A stretch of 64,000 nt of DNA from Longimicrobiales bacterium (GTDB lineage: Bacteria > Gemmatimonadota > Gemmatimonadetes > Longimicrobiales > Gaopeijiaceae). A program made the position numbers and the translations under genes. The stretch's first letter is position 1; the number at the start of each line of letters is the position of its first letter. The notes below the pieces were generated by a model that was given only the letters and a program-made list of their open reading frames with translations, had not been told where the DNA came from and made no database searches. Location: NCBI GenBank assembly GCA_965238005.1, contig OZ250165.1, positions 2,816,001 to 2,880,000 on the forward strand. The letters run 5' to 3'. Shown in pieces: positions 29,020-42,322 of the stretch.

Positions 29020-29098
29020 ATGTTTGTCGCAGGAATCGACGCTCACGCAACGTATTGAGTGATAGCCATCGTAGGCAACACAGGTCAGCTCGATCAAC
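29020..29098 (+). pseudogene. IS110 transposase N-terminal remnant
   Basis: RBS + MFVAGIDAHATY*VIAIV. Confidence 0.5.
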
Positions 29099-29151
29099 AT
29101 GCAAACCGTGAGTGAAGTGATCGAGCTCGACAGGCACGTCGTGGGTCGGGG

Positions 29152-29551
29152 CTACGCCCTACCCGTTTCTCGCCGCATCACATCCATCAGGATGTCGTGG
29201 ATGATGCCCGTGGCCACCTCCACGAGCAGAACGTCCAGCCCCACCTCGACGAGCTCGTATTCCTCAGGCACGGTCACTTTGGACCATAGCTCTTCGGGGG
29301 CGACCTTCTTGGCGATGCCCGGAGGGAGGGGCTTCCCCTTCGCCAGCCTCTTCCGAATCCCGGGAGGGAGCGCGTCCAACTCAGGCTGCGGATTGGCCAT
29401 GTAGTACTCGCGGATCTGCTCACGGACGCCAATCGTCAGCGTGAACTCCGCCGTGATCTCCGCGGTGACCTTCGCCTCTTCCTTTGCCTTCTTGCCTCGG
29501 CGCTGGCCTTCAGCGTCCTGGGTGGAGAGCAGGAGGAAGGGAAAACCAGAG
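29152..29551 (-). pseudogene. RcnB/CigR-like secreted protein separated from its start (~31194) by IS1182
   Basis: 'LPPGIRKRLAKGKPLPPGIAKK'; ATG and signal-like codons lie beyond the IS. Confidence 0.6.
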
Positions 29552-29555
29552 CTAG

Positions 29556-31157
29556 GAGTCTGCGCCGCAGAAGCACAGCTGACTGAGCCGAATGGTCATC
29601 GAGCCGTCCGCGGCGAGGCGGATCCGGGTGATTGGGAGGTTGAGGACTTGTGTCTGCGACGGATCGGGAGAGCGGAATGGATGCGTTGGGGGGGGCAAGA
29701 GAGCTACGAGAGCCCTCGCGCCGGCAGATGCGGGTGAACCCTCGTGCAGTCATGCCGCCTGAAGGGTGTGCAGCCGCTTCACATTGAGTGCCAGGCACAC
29801 GAGGGTCCACTCGGCCCGGACCTTCTCGAGGCCCCGGAAGCTGAATCGTCGAAAGCCCATCACTTCCTTGATCCAGCCGATGGGCGCCTCGGCCTGCGAC
29901 TTTCGCCGTGCGTAGCGTCTGCGGCCATCTTCGCTCGCCAGCTTCTCCGCCATGCGGACTTTCGCCGGATATTCCTCCTTGTCAACCGTGGGGGCGGCCT
30001 TGCCCTCCCGGGCCAGCGCCACATACCCGTCGATGTCTCGCTCTTCCAGTTCCTCGAGATCCCGCTCGTTGCAATAGCCCGTGTCCGCCAGCACCTGCGC
30101 CGGCGTCTCGCCGTACGCTTGCGCCACCGCGTCGACCATGGGCACCAGCTGGCCCTGGTCGCTCGCGTTGTCCGTCACCTCGGCCCCGACCACCAGCTGG
30201 TTCTCCCCCTCCACGACCGTCTGTGCGTTGTAGCACTGCTGGAACCCCTCCGAACTCGTCTTCATGATCCGGCTCTCAGGGTCCGTGAAGTTGCTCTGCG
30301 CCGCCTCGTCCGGCTCTCCGTACTCCCGCTTGTAGGGCCTGCCGCCCTTCGGGTTGCGCGTCTGCCCCGGCTTGCGGCCCCGTGCGTCGTCCGCCGCTCT
30401 CTGCTCGGCTTCCAGGCGCGCCTTCGCCTCCCGGATCGCCGCCAGCCGGTCCTCGCGCCGCTTGAGCTCCTCCGGCACCTCGTCTCCGCATGCTTCCTCG
30501 CCGTAGCGCTCGTCTTCCGCTTCGTCCACCGCCTCGGCCCTCTCCAACAGCCCCCGGATCTCCGCCTCCAGCCGAGGCTCCCCGGTCACCATCCGGCCGT
30601 AGCTCATCGCCTTGCGCTTGTTCGCGTTCGCCCGAACCTTCGTCCCGTCCACCGACACCCTGCCAAGCCCCGCCAGCCCCAAGGCCCGCGCGAGCATCAC
30701 CACCTCCACAAACACCGCCCGGAAATCCCCGAGATGGCGCTTGCGGAACTCGCACAGCGTCCGGTGCTTCGGGAAGTTCTCCGCCGCCAGCATCCGAAAC
30801 GCGACATCCTCCTCCAGCTTCCTCGCCATCTTCCGCGACGAGAAGGTGCCCGTCGCATACGCGTAGATCAGCACCTTGACCATCATCCGAGGGTCGTACG
30901 GCGAGTTGCGCCGCCCGTCCCCCCGGTACCGCCCGTAGAACGCGCTCAGCTCCACCGCGTCCACCAGGTCGCTCACATGGTGCGCCAAATGACCCTCCGA
31001 CACCCACTCCCGAAGATCCGGAGGCAGCAACAACATCTGCTCCGGATCGTACGGTCGAAATGTCGTTCCCATTCACCCCCCTCGGTGATCCGCAAGCCTT
31101 CCCAATGCCTTCGCTACCACCAAAGATAGCCGCCGCAGGGTTCTGCGGCGCAGACTC
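29556..31157 (-). mobile_element. IS1182-family element, copy 1
   Basis: 17-bp IR GAGTCTGCGCCGCAGAA, CTAG on both flanks, 1602 bp. Confidence 0.95.
29750..31072 (-). CDS. IS1182-family transposase
   Basis: 'YDPRMMVKVLIYAY...SSRK', 'VDGTKVRANA', 'TDPESR', 'ADTGY'. Confidence 0.95.
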   Translation of the reverse strand: MGTTFRPYDPEQMLLLPPDLREWVSEGHLAHHVSDLVDAVELSAFYGRYRGDGRRNSPYDPRMMVKVLIYAYATGTFSSRKMARKLEEDVAFRMLAAENFPKHRTLCEFRKRHLGDFRAVFVEVVMLARALGLAGLGRVSVDGTKVRANANKRKAMSYGRMVTGEPRLEAEIRGLLERAEAVDEAEDERYGEEACGDEVPEELKRREDRLAAIREAKARLEAEQRAADDARGRKPGQTRNPKGGRPYKREYGEPDEAAQSNFTDPESRIMKTSSEGFQQCYNAQTVVEGENQLVVGAEVTDNASDQGQLVPMVDAVAQAYGETPAQVLADTGYCNERDLEELEERDIDGYVALAREGKAAPTVDKEEYPAKVRMAEKLASEDGRRRYARRKSQAEAPIGWIKEVMGFRRFSFRGLEKVRAEWTLVCLALNVKRLHTLQAA

Positions 31158-31395
31158 CTAGCCCAATGGCATGGCGTTGGAGTGTCGCGCGCATAATCTG
31201 CAAGCCTATCTCGGGGAACAGACCACCCAAGGAACGGTGGAAGCACTACTTCAAAGGTAGTTTCGGTATCGGAGGACCTCCATTGAAATCTCAGAGGGGG
31301 ACCTGCTGCATTTCTGCTGCGCCTTCCGTTGTTGATCGCCTAGAAGCGCGCGAGCCTGATGCCTAGGGATAGGCATCATAGTGGCCTGGCGTCCG

Positions 31396-33690
<2,295 letters not shown>

Positions 33691-33911
33691 CTTGCCTCCT
33701 GGCTAACAGCGGTCGCGCATGATTGAGGCGCGGGCGACGGGATCAGACCGTGGTCAACATCCGAGAGCGGGCCGGTAGGCGCAAGCAGACCCCCGTGAGA
33801 CGCTTGTAATCGCGTTCTGAGCGTCTTCGGGGTTTATTCGGCATCCTGGAGGCGGGCTGGAGCGTCCTCGTGGCTTAGAAGGCCCTTCACGCCACGAAGT
33901 CAGTCACCTAG

Positions 33912-35513
33912 GAGTCTGCGCCGCAGAAGCACAGCTGACTGAGCCGAATGGTCATCGAGCCGTCCGCGGCGAGGCGGATCCGGGTGATTGGGAGGTTGAG
34001 GACTTGTGTCTGCGACGGATCGGGAGAGCGGAATGGATGCGTTGGGGGGGGCAAGAGAGCTACGAGAGCCCTCGCGCCGGCAGATGCGGGTGAACCCTCG
34101 TGCAGTCATGCCGCCTGAAGGGTGTGCAGCCGCTTCACATTGAGTGCCAGGCACACGAGGGTCCACTCGGCCCGGACCTTCTCGAGGCCCCGGAAGCTGA
34201 ATCGTCGAAAGCCCATCACTTCCTTGATCCAGCCGATGGGCGCCTCGGCCTGCGACTTTCGCCGTGCGTAGCGTCTGCGGCCATCTTCGCTCGCCAGCTT
34301 CTCCGCCATGCGGACTTTCGCCGGATATTCCTCCTTGTCAACCGTGGGGGCGGCCTTGCCCTCCCGGGCCAGCGCCACATACCCGTCGATGTCTCGCTCT
34401 TCCAGTTCCTCGAGATCCCGCTCGTTGCAATAGCCCGTGTCCGCCAGCACCTGCGCCGGCGTCTCGCCGTACGCTTGCGCCACCGCGTCGACCATGGGCA
34501 CCAGCTGGCCCTGGTCGCTCGCGTTGTCCGTCACCTCGGCCCCGACCACCAGCTGGTTCTCCCCCTCCACGACCGTCTGTGCGTTGTAGCACTGCTGGAA
34601 CCCCTCCGAACTCGTCTTCATGATCCGGCTCTCAGGGTCCGTGAAGTTGCTCTGCGCCGCCTCGTCCGGCTCTCCGTACTCCCGCTTGTAGGGCCTGCCG
34701 CCCTTCGGGTTGCGCGTCTGCCCCGGCTTGCGGCCCCGTGCGTCGTCCGCCGCTCTCTGCTCGGCTTCCAGGCGCGCCTTCGCCTCCCGGATCGCCGCCA
34801 GCCGGTCCTCGCGCCGCTTGAGCTCCTCCGGCACCTCGTCTCCGCATGCTTCCTCGCCGTAGCGCTCGTCTTCCGCTTCGTCCACCGCCTCGGCCCTCTC
34901 CAACAGCCCCCGGATCTCCGCCTCCAGCCGAGGCTCCCCGGTCACCATCCGGCCGTAGCTCATCGCCTTGCGCTTGTTCGCGTTCGCCCGAACCTTCGTC
35001 CCGTCCACCGACACCCTGCCAAGCCCCGCCAGCCCCAAGGCCCGCGCGAGCATCACCACCTCCACAAACACCGCCCGGAAATCCCCGAGATGGCGCTTGC
35101 GGAACTCGCACAGCGTCCGGTGCTTCGGGAAGTTCTCCGCCGCCAGCATCCGAAACGCGACATCCTCCTCCAGCTTCCTCGCCATCTTCCGCGACGAGAA
35201 GGTGCCCGTCGCATACGCGTAGATCAGCACCTTGACCATCATCCGAGGGTCGTACGGCGAGTTGCGCCGCCCGTCCCCCCGGTACCGCCCGTAGAACGCG
35301 CTCAGCTCCACCGCGTCCACCAGGTCGCTCACATGGTGCGCCAAATGACCCTCCGACACCCACTCCCGAAGATCCGGAGGCAGCAACAACATCTGCTCCG
35401 GATCGTACGGTCGAAATGTCGTTCCCATTCACCCCCCTCGGTGATCCGCAAGCCTTCCCAATGCCTTCGCTACCACCAAAGATAGCCGCCGCAGGGTTCT
35501 GCGGCGCAGACTC
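33912..35513 (-). mobile_element. IS1182-family element, copy 2
   Basis: Same length, IRs and CTAG flanks as copy 1. Confidence 0.95.
34106..35428 (-). CDS. IS1182-family transposase
   Basis: Protein identical to 29750-31072. Confidence 0.95.
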   Translation of the reverse strand: MGTTFRPYDPEQMLLLPPDLREWVSEGHLAHHVSDLVDAVELSAFYGRYRGDGRRNSPYDPRMMVKVLIYAYATGTFSSRKMARKLEEDVAFRMLAAENFPKHRTLCEFRKRHLGDFRAVFVEVVMLARALGLAGLGRVSVDGTKVRANANKRKAMSYGRMVTGEPRLEAEIRGLLERAEAVDEAEDERYGEEACGDEVPEELKRREDRLAAIREAKARLEAEQRAADDARGRKPGQTRNPKGGRPYKREYGEPDEAAQSNFTDPESRIMKTSSEGFQQCYNAQTVVEGENQLVVGAEVTDNASDQGQLVPMVDAVAQAYGETPAQVLADTGYCNERDLEELEERDIDGYVALAREGKAAPTVDKEEYPAKVRMAEKLASEDGRRRYARRKSQAEAPIGWIKEVMGFRRFSFRGLEKVRAEWTLVCLALNVKRLHTLQAA

Positions 35514-35915
35514 CTAGCCCGTATTTAATGGTGGCCCTACCTCTTCGATGATGTGGGCGAGTTGCTCTGGTTGTTCAGATGTGGTCATATGACCGCCAGG
35601 CAACATGCGAATATCTAGGCCATGGTCACCCAAACGTTCTCTGGCTTTGACGACCTGATTTGGCTCAAAAATATCGCCTTCGCTGCCCACGATGTGGAAC
35701 GACACCGACTCCTGCAACGCGAGATACAGGCGGCGTAGATCCCACCGCTCCCCGTAATTAGAACGGTGCTCCGCAACAAACCCTGCGGCCTTGCTGACGA
35801 AGGGGAACCCGTTGCGACGACTAATCGCCTCATAGATTTCGTTGAACTCCATGGACGATAACCCGTACGATCTGCGCAGGATGGTCGTGCCAATCATGCT
35901 AAGTTCGTCCTTCAA
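35514..35915 (-). pseudogene. Alpha/beta hydrolase C-terminal part
   Basis: 'IVGSEGD', 'GGHMTTSEQPEQLA'; no nucleophile motif. Confidence 0.55.
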
Positions 35916-36946
35916 TCCTTTGCACTCTTTATGAAACTGACCATTAGATTGGCGACCTCCCGGGGATGGTCATCCCAAGGATGATGCCCGGCTTGGTTGA
36001 AGAAGTGGAGTTGTGCCTGGTCGACTGACTCGCTGATCAGCTCGAAGAGTTCCAGCCCCAAGCGGTGCGGCCGTGAACCTCCGCTGGGATCATTGAATCC
36101 CCAGATCATCAGAGTCGGTGTTTTCAAGCGACCAGTCTCGATGGCTGCCAGCGTTTCATCCTTGACCTCATACATCCACCAACCGGTGCCTGAATTGTTC
36201 GCAAGGGCCGGTCTGGCCTGCACCTTTTCCGGATTGAGCTCAATGAAACGTTTCCTGAGTGCGTCGAATCTCTCTGCGACCTCCCTCCGCTTTTCCCAGT
36301 TTAATTGCAGCTCAGCCAAAGCCTCGTCATACTCGTCGATGTCGAAATTCTTATGAAAACCCATGCTGCTCCTGGAGCGTTGGGCCTGACGACGTGATTC
36401 CAATCTCTCCGCAGTGATAGGGAACCCGACAAAACTAGGGAGGTTGGGTGCGCTGGGCGGGGGATCGCCAGGGGCCAGAGTGTTGGTGTCGAAGATGGTG
36501 AGGGTCTTGACCAGTTCAGGATGATCTATGGCAATGCGAGCTACCGGTAGAGTTCCTCTGGACTGACCGACCAGATGGATCTGATCGATACCCAGCGTCT
36601 CCATAAACTTGTGCAGATGCTTGACCGTGGCCTGCATCGTATACTCCTCATCGCTGGCAGGTTTGTCGGTTAGGCCCATGCCGAGTTTGTCGATGGCAAA
36701 GACATTGAAATGAGCGGCCAAGTGAGTAAAGACCGGCATCCACCCAAGGGCGTTTGACGTCGCACCGTAATGGCCACCATGGACCAGCAACATGGCTTCG
36801 CCGCTTCCGGCTTCAAAGTAGCGGGTCCGGATGCCGTCAACATCCACAAACTTGGACTCGCCCCATGACTGCTCCACTGTTGAGCAGGATGTCGTCGATA
36901 GCAGCAAGAGCAAAGTGCCAATGCCATTTGCAGGAGAGAGCCTCAT
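35912..36946 (-). CDS. Alpha/beta hydrolase
   Basis: 'LLVHGG', 'LVGQSRG', 'IWGFND', 'AGHH'. Confidence 0.88.
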   Translation of the reverse strand: MRLSPANGIGTLLLLLSTTSCSTVEQSWGESKFVDVDGIRTRYFEAGSGEAMLLVHGGHYGATSNALGWMPVFTHLAAHFNVFAIDKLGMGLTDKPASDEEYTMQATVKHLHKFMETLGIDQIHLVGQSRGTLPVARIAIDHPELVKTLTIFDTNTLAPGDPPPSAPNLPSFVGFPITAERLESRRQAQRSRSSMGFHKNFDIDEYDEALAELQLNWEKRREVAERFDALRKRFIELNPEKVQARPALANNSGTGWWMYEVKDETLAAIETGRLKTPTLMIWGFNDPSGGSRPHRLGLELFELISESVDQAQLHFFNQAGHHPWDDHPREVANLMVSFIKSAKD

Positions 36947-37554
36947 GTTCGCCTCCTTGGATCCGAGTTGAGGACTATGGAATCGTTCGACCGAATAGAT
37001 GCGGAGCCGGTCTCCCAGAGCTCGTCTATCAGGTCAAATAGACGCGGCGGAGCGGTCGCGATGACGAGTTCGCACACGGCATCTGCCGCACCCTCCTCTC
37101 CCAATTGCTCGCTGAGCCTATCCCACAAGACCTCATACGAAGTCTTGGGCTGAGCCGCCGCGCTCAGCTGTTGTGCAGGACGACCAGCGGAGTCGTATCA
37201 AGATCACTTCGGTGTCGCTGAGTCAAAGCTCCACCCATGACAATGGCATTACCGACAGTGACGGCTTTACCGCCTGGCTGTACACAGTTCCTACCCACCC
37301 ACCGAATCGTAGGGTTCGACCCTAGGTCATAGACCTTCCTGTCGAGGAAGACCTCCCGCCTGAAACATGGGACCCTAATGGGGGCCATCGGCGGGATTTG
37401 AGGATGGGGAGGAGGAGACTGGCACCACCTCACCTCTTGGGCGATAGCCTGGATCAGCACCGCCAGATCCCTAGCCGAGTAAGGTGTGTGCAAGAAACTG
37501 TGCAAGAACGGATGTAGAAAGGGTGCGAAACCCCTGCTTCGAGCTCGTGCCGCC

Positions 37555-40092
37555 CTAGCGCCCTCCCTCCGAAATCACCTCCGACTCCCCACCCGCGTTC
37601 TTCACGTGCTCGTCGAACCAGCTGATGAAGCGCGCCCACATGTCGAGCTTGTTCTCGATGGCCCGCGGCGTGTGTGACTCGTACGGATAGACGTAGAGGA
37701 CCGCAGGCTTTCCGAGTGTGGTAAGTGCTTGGATGAAGCGTTCGGACTGAATGGGGAAGGTACCGGTGTTGTTGTCATCCCCGCCGTGGTACATGAGGAG
37801 CGGCGTGTTCATCTGGTCGGCCTTGAAGAACGGGGACATCTCGATGTAGGTCTGGGGCGCCTCCCAGATGCTCCGCCTCTCGGATTGGAATCCGGCCGGT
37901 GTGAGCGACCGGTTGTAGGCGCCATCCCCGGCGATCCCCGCCTTGAAGTAGGGGCTGTTGGCTAGGATGTTCGCCGTCGCGAAGGCGCCGTAGCTGTGCC
38001 CCCCGTGGCCGATGCGATCGATGTCGATCACACCCAGCCCGTCCACGGCCCGGATGGACGCGTACATGGCGTTCACCAGGTTCGAGATGTAGGTGTCGTT
38101 GTAGTTCTCGCCGATGATGGGGATGTCCGGATAGACCAGCGCGTACCCCTGAGTGAGCCAGATGTCGGACCAGCGCAGCCAGCTCATGTGCGTGAAGGCG
38201 TTTCGATTGCGCGCCCGCACGGCGGCGTTTTCATAACCCTCCGGCTCCTCGTACTCCCTGGGATACGTCCAGAAGATGGCCGGCACCTTCTGTCCCTCCT
38301 CGTAGTCCACCGGGAGCGACACCCGCCCCTGCACCTCGAGCCCGTCCCGTCTCACGAAGTCGAAGTCGATGCGGCGGGCGGCCGTCACCGCGGGGAATGG
38401 ATCGACGTTATTGGTGAGGTTCTCCATGGAGCCGTCCGCACTCCACAGATAGCTGTCGGGAAAGTCCGTCATGGACTCCCGGCCTACGACGATGCTCGTG
38501 AGATCGGCGTCGAGGGGGACCAGCGGCTGCTCGAACGAGTCCCGCGCGCCCTCGAACACTCGCGTGGTGGAGCCGTCGGACACGCTCAGGCGGTCCACGA
38601 AGGGCTGCGGACGAAAGTCGGCCTTGAAGCCGTCGCCTCTGAGGTAGGCCGAGCGAGAATCGGAGGACGTGAGCGCATAAAAGATACCGTTCCCGGTACG
38701 GGACGCCCACAGGTCGCCGGGCTGCTCCGTGGGATCGTCGGTGTCGAGGAAGTCCACCAGCATGCGTCGCGCCTTAGCGCTCCCGCCGAGATCCCAATAC
38801 GCCAGCCCCGACTGCTCGTCCTTCGAGACCTCGGCGAACACGCCCGCTCCGTCTCGCGTGTACGTCACTGCGCTCACGGGATCTTCGCTCTCGGCGACCA
38901 CCCGAGCCTGCTCCATGTCGAAGGGCGGAGCCAGCAGAATGATCCGGTCCGGCCTCGGCACGTCGCCATCCCCCTCAGCCCGCTGCAGGTAGGTGATCCC
39001 CGCTCCGTCAGGACGCCACGCGAACCCTCGCGGCTCTGCGCTACCGTTCGAGCCGGGGCGACTTCTCCCTTCCTGGAGTGGCCGCTCGTCCAGGGTCGCC
39101 ACCTCAGTACCCTGCCGGTCCATGACCGAAGTCACTCGCGGAAAGCCCCGGTAGGCCGTTCGGAAGGAGAAGGGACGCTCGATAGCGGTCGTCAGCAGAT
39201 GCCGCCCGTCCGGGCTCAGTGAGATCGACTCGAACATGGCCGGCTCACCGAGCAGGCGCGGAGCCCTTCCCTCCGCCAGCTCCGCGACCTGGCTCCGCGT
39301 ATAGTGCTCGAAGAGCGTCTCGTCATGGTCGTCCCTAAGGAGGTTCGGGTAGGTGGGCGTCGGAGTGGGCTCGGCACGAGTGCGGCGCACCACCGGGCCG
39401 CTGGGCACCGGATTGCGCGGTGGCTCGGGGCCCCGGTCCCCTGGCACGAGGAGCGTTATCACCGTCCCTTCGGGAGTCCACTGCAGCATGTTGGACGGTT
39501 GGCTCCCCTGCCCGCGTGCGCTCGTCCCGACGGTGGCGAGGACACGGGCGTCGCTGAGGCTCCGAGCACGGCCGGTCGCAGGGTTCGCGGTCCACACCTC
39601 GGTGCCGTCCGTGAGGTGGGCGAGGAAGGCCATCTGCGCGCCATCCGGTGACCACGTCAGATCGCTCACGAAGCTGCCCTCGGGCAGATCGACGTCCACG
39701 AAGCGCCTCCCGCTGAGCGAGTAGAAGCGCAGCCCGTAGATCCCGTAGGTGTCCAGGTGCCACAGCCGATCCGTCTGCGGCCGAATCTCGAGCTCGGCCA
39801 ACCGATAGGTCTCTCTCGACATGATCTCCAGGGTAGAGAGCTCCGTCACCAGCGGCACGACGAAGTGGTCCCCGTCCGGGCTCATGTAGCTCAGGGTCGC
39901 GTAGTTCTTGTTCGTTCTGAACAGCTCCCGGATCGACGCCGAAGGGAGGACGTAGTGATCGGCATCGGGATTGGCCGCCGGGGCGTCCTGAGCCGAGACC
40001 GTAGAGGGCGCAACTGGTGCGACCGCGAGCGACCCGCCGATCAGAAGGGCGTACAGTAGGAACTGAGGTCGGAGACCTGGCATCTGCGACAC
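37555..40092 (-). CDS. S9 prolyl oligopeptidase-family peptidase
   Basis: 'GGHSYGAF', 'HGGDDNNTG', 'YESH'. Confidence 0.92.
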   Translation of the reverse strand: MSQMPGLRPQFLLYALLIGGSLAVAPVAPSTVSAQDAPAANPDADHYVLPSASIRELFRTNKNYATLSYMSPDGDHFVVPLVTELSTLEIMSRETYRLAELEIRPQTDRLWHLDTYGIYGLRFYSLSGRRFVDVDLPEGSFVSDLTWSPDGAQMAFLAHLTDGTEVWTANPATGRARSLSDARVLATVGTSARGQGSQPSNMLQWTPEGTVITLLVPGDRGPEPPRNPVPSGPVVRRTRAEPTPTPTYPNLLRDDHDETLFEHYTRSQVAELAEGRAPRLLGEPAMFESISLSPDGRHLLTTAIERPFSFRTAYRGFPRVTSVMDRQGTEVATLDERPLQEGRSRPGSNGSAEPRGFAWRPDGAGITYLQRAEGDGDVPRPDRIILLAPPFDMEQARVVAESEDPVSAVTYTRDGAGVFAEVSKDEQSGLAYWDLGGSAKARRMLVDFLDTDDPTEQPGDLWASRTGNGIFYALTSSDSRSAYLRGDGFKADFRPQPFVDRLSVSDGSTTRVFEGARDSFEQPLVPLDADLTSIVVGRESMTDFPDSYLWSADGSMENLTNNVDPFPAVTAARRIDFDFVRRDGLEVQGRVSLPVDYEEGQKVPAIFWTYPREYEEPEGYENAAVRARNRNAFTHMSWLRWSDIWLTQGYALVYPDIPIIGENYNDTYISNLVNAMYASIRAVDGLGVIDIDRIGHGGHSYGAFATANILANSPYFKAGIAGDGAYNRSLTPAGFQSERRSIWEAPQTYIEMSPFFKADQMNTPLLMYHGGDDNNTGTFPIQSERFIQALTTLGKPAVLYVYPYESHTPRAIENKLDMWARFISWFDEHVKNAGGESEVISEGGR

Positions 40093-40222
40093 GTTTACCT
40101 CCCGGGATGGACCATCGGGTGAAGGGGCTCACCTTAGGGCGGGCGACTTTAGGGCGCCATGGCAGGACGGCGGCCGATCGAATGACAGGCCGGCGGGGAG
40201 GACCCCGAACCGTCTCTGGAAG

Positions 40223-41320
40223 TCATCCAGGCCCTGCTGCGCTGAGCGTCCGACTCGACACCTCGTGGACCCGGTCCACCAGAAAGGCCACCGCGTCGGG
40301 ATCCGTCGTCCGCTCGATCCCGTGACCCAGATTGAACACATGGCCCGGGGCGGAGCCCGCCTCCGCGAGAACCCGGTCGATCTGACGTCCCAGCTCGTCG
40401 CGGGGGGCGAACAGAGCCGCCGGATCCAGATTCCCCTGCACAGCCAGGTCCGGGCCAAGGATCTCCCGGGCCCGGGAGAGCGGTAGTCTCCAGTCGATCC
40501 CCACGACGTCAGACCCGCAATCACGAGCCGTATCCAATAGGGTAGCCCCCTGGTTCGGGAAATAGATGAGCGGAACGTCGAGCGACTGGAGGGACTCCAT
40601 CACCCGCTGAACCGCCGGGAAGGCGAAGGTCCGGTACGCCTCCGGGCCCAGCAGGCCCGCCCAGGAATCGAAGAGCATGAGGGCCTTCGCGCCCGCACGA
40701 GCCTGGGCCTCCATGTAGCCGATCATGGTGTCCGCCAGCCTCTCCAACAGCTTCCGGGAGGCCTCCGGCTCGGCGAACAGGAAGCCCTTGGCCTCGGCGA
40801 AGGTCTTGGACCCCCGTCCCTGAACCAGGTAGCAGAAGAGCGTGAAGGGAGCTCCGGCGAACCCGATGAGGGGCGCCGAGTCGGGAAGCTCCCGACTCAA
40901 GATGCGCACCGTCTCGAGAATGAAGGGCACGCTCTCCTCCGGATCCGGGACCCGGAGCGCCTCCACCTGTGCCAGGCTCCGGACAGGGTTCTCAAGGACG
41001 GGCCCCGGAGCGAAGTCCAGCGAGACCCCCATCCCTTCCACGGGCGTCATGATGTCGCTGAAGAGGATGGCCGCGTCCATACCGAAGCGCCGGATGGGCT
41101 GGAGCGTCACCTCGGCCGCCAGATCCGGGGTCTTGGTGAGGGTCAGGAAGTCCATATCGGCCCGGATCTTCCGGTACTCCGGCAGGTAGCGTCCGGCCTG
41201 CCGCATGATCCAGACCGGCGTGTGCTCCACCGGCTCACGACGGCAGGCGGCCAGGAAGGGGGATGTCGCCGTCGAACCTGCCCCCGTCTCGGGGGTTACG
41301 GCCACCGAGGCATCGCTCAC
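40223..41320 (-). CDS. hemE: Uroporphyrinogen decarboxylase
   Basis: 'PVWIMRQAGRYLPEY', 'LFSDI', 'FNLGHG'. Confidence 0.97.
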   Translation of the reverse strand: MSDASVAVTPETGAGSTATSPFLAACRREPVEHTPVWIMRQAGRYLPEYRKIRADMDFLTLTKTPDLAAEVTLQPIRRFGMDAAILFSDIMTPVEGMGVSLDFAPGPVLENPVRSLAQVEALRVPDPEESVPFILETVRILSRELPDSAPLIGFAGAPFTLFCYLVQGRGSKTFAEAKGFLFAEPEASRKLLERLADTMIGYMEAQARAGAKALMLFDSWAGLLGPEAYRTFAFPAVQRVMESLQSLDVPLIYFPNQGATLLDTARDCGSDVVGIDWRLPLSRAREILGPDLAVQGNLDPAALFAPRDELGRQIDRVLAEAGSAPGHVFNLGHGIERTTDPDAVAFLVDRVHEVSSRTLSAAGPG

Positions 41321-41321
41321 G

Positions 41322-42311
41322 TCACTCCCCTCCCTTCAAGGCCCGGGCGGCGTCCTTGGCGAAGTAGGTGAGGATGAGGTCGGCGCCGGCCCGCTTGAGC
41401 CCCACAAGACTCTCCATCACGATGCGATCTTCGTCCACCCATCCCTTCTCGGCCGCCGCCTTGATGATGGAATACTCACCCGACACCTGATATGCGGCCG
41501 TGGGCATGCCGAACGCCTCTTTCACCCGGAAGATCACGTCCATGTAGGGCCCGGCGGGCTTCACCATGACGATGTCGGCACCCTCGTCGATGTCCAGCTC
41601 GACCTCGCGAAGCGCCTCGTCGCCGTTGGGCGGATCCATCTGATACGAGCGCCGGTCCCCGAAGGACGGGGCCGAGTGGGCCGCATCACGGAAGGGACCG
41701 TAGTACGCCGATGCATACTTGGCGGCGTACGAGACTATGACCACGTCGGGAAGCTCGGCCACGTCGAGGGCGGTGCGGATGGCGCCCACACGGCCGTCCA
41801 TCATGTCGCTGGGGGCCACCGCGTCGGCGCCGGCCTGGGCGTAGGCGACCGCGGCCCGGGCCAGGAGCGGGAGCGAGGAGTCGTTGTCCACCTCCCCCGC
41901 TTCGGTGAGCACGCCGCAGTGGCCGTGGTCGGTATACTCGCAGAGGCAGACGTCGGCCCACACCAGCAGGTCGGGCACGGCGTCCTTGATGGCTCGGATC
42001 GCCCGGGGAACGATCCCCTCGGGATCGTATCCGGCAGAGCCCTGCGCATCCTTGTGCTCGTCGTCGGGAACGCCGAAGAGGATGACCGCGGGAATGCCCA
42101 GCTCGTGGACCTCCCTAGCCTCCTCCACGACGAGATCGACGGAGAGCTGAAAGACCCCGGGCATGCTCGCCACGGCGTTCTTTACGCCCTCTCCCTCCAC
42201 GACGAAGAGGGGATAGACGAGATCGTCCACAGACAGTGAGGTCTCCCTCACCGCTCGCCGCCAGGTCTCATTCTGGCGAAGCCGGCGCAGGCGGCGCCTC
42301 GGAAAGCTCAT
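41322..42311 (-). CDS. hemB: Porphobilinogen synthase
   Basis: '[14 protein letters not shown]', 'PSDMMDGR', 'MVKP', 'YQVSGEY'. Confidence 0.97.
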   Translation of the reverse strand: MSFPRRRLRRLRQNETWRRAVRETSLSVDDLVYPLFVVEGEGVKNAVASMPGVFQLSVDLVVEEAREVHELGIPAVILFGVPDDEHKDAQGSAGYDPEGIVPRAIRAIKDAVPDLLVWADVCLCEYTDHGHCGVLTEAGEVDNDSSLPLLARAAVAYAQAGADAVAPSDMMDGRVGAIRTALDVAELPDVVIVSYAAKYASAYYGPFRDAAHSAPSFGDRRSYQMDPPNGDEALREVELDIDEGADIVMVKPAGPYMDVIFRVKEAFGMPTAAYQVSGEYSIIKAAAEKGWVDEDRIVMESLVGLKRAGADLILTYFAKDAARALKGGE

Positions 42312-42322
42312 TCCCCTGCCTC

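Noticed and set aside
29744..31129. 461-aa plus-strand ORF (also 34100-35485)
   Set aside because: Antisense shadow of the IS1182 transposase in GC-rich DNA
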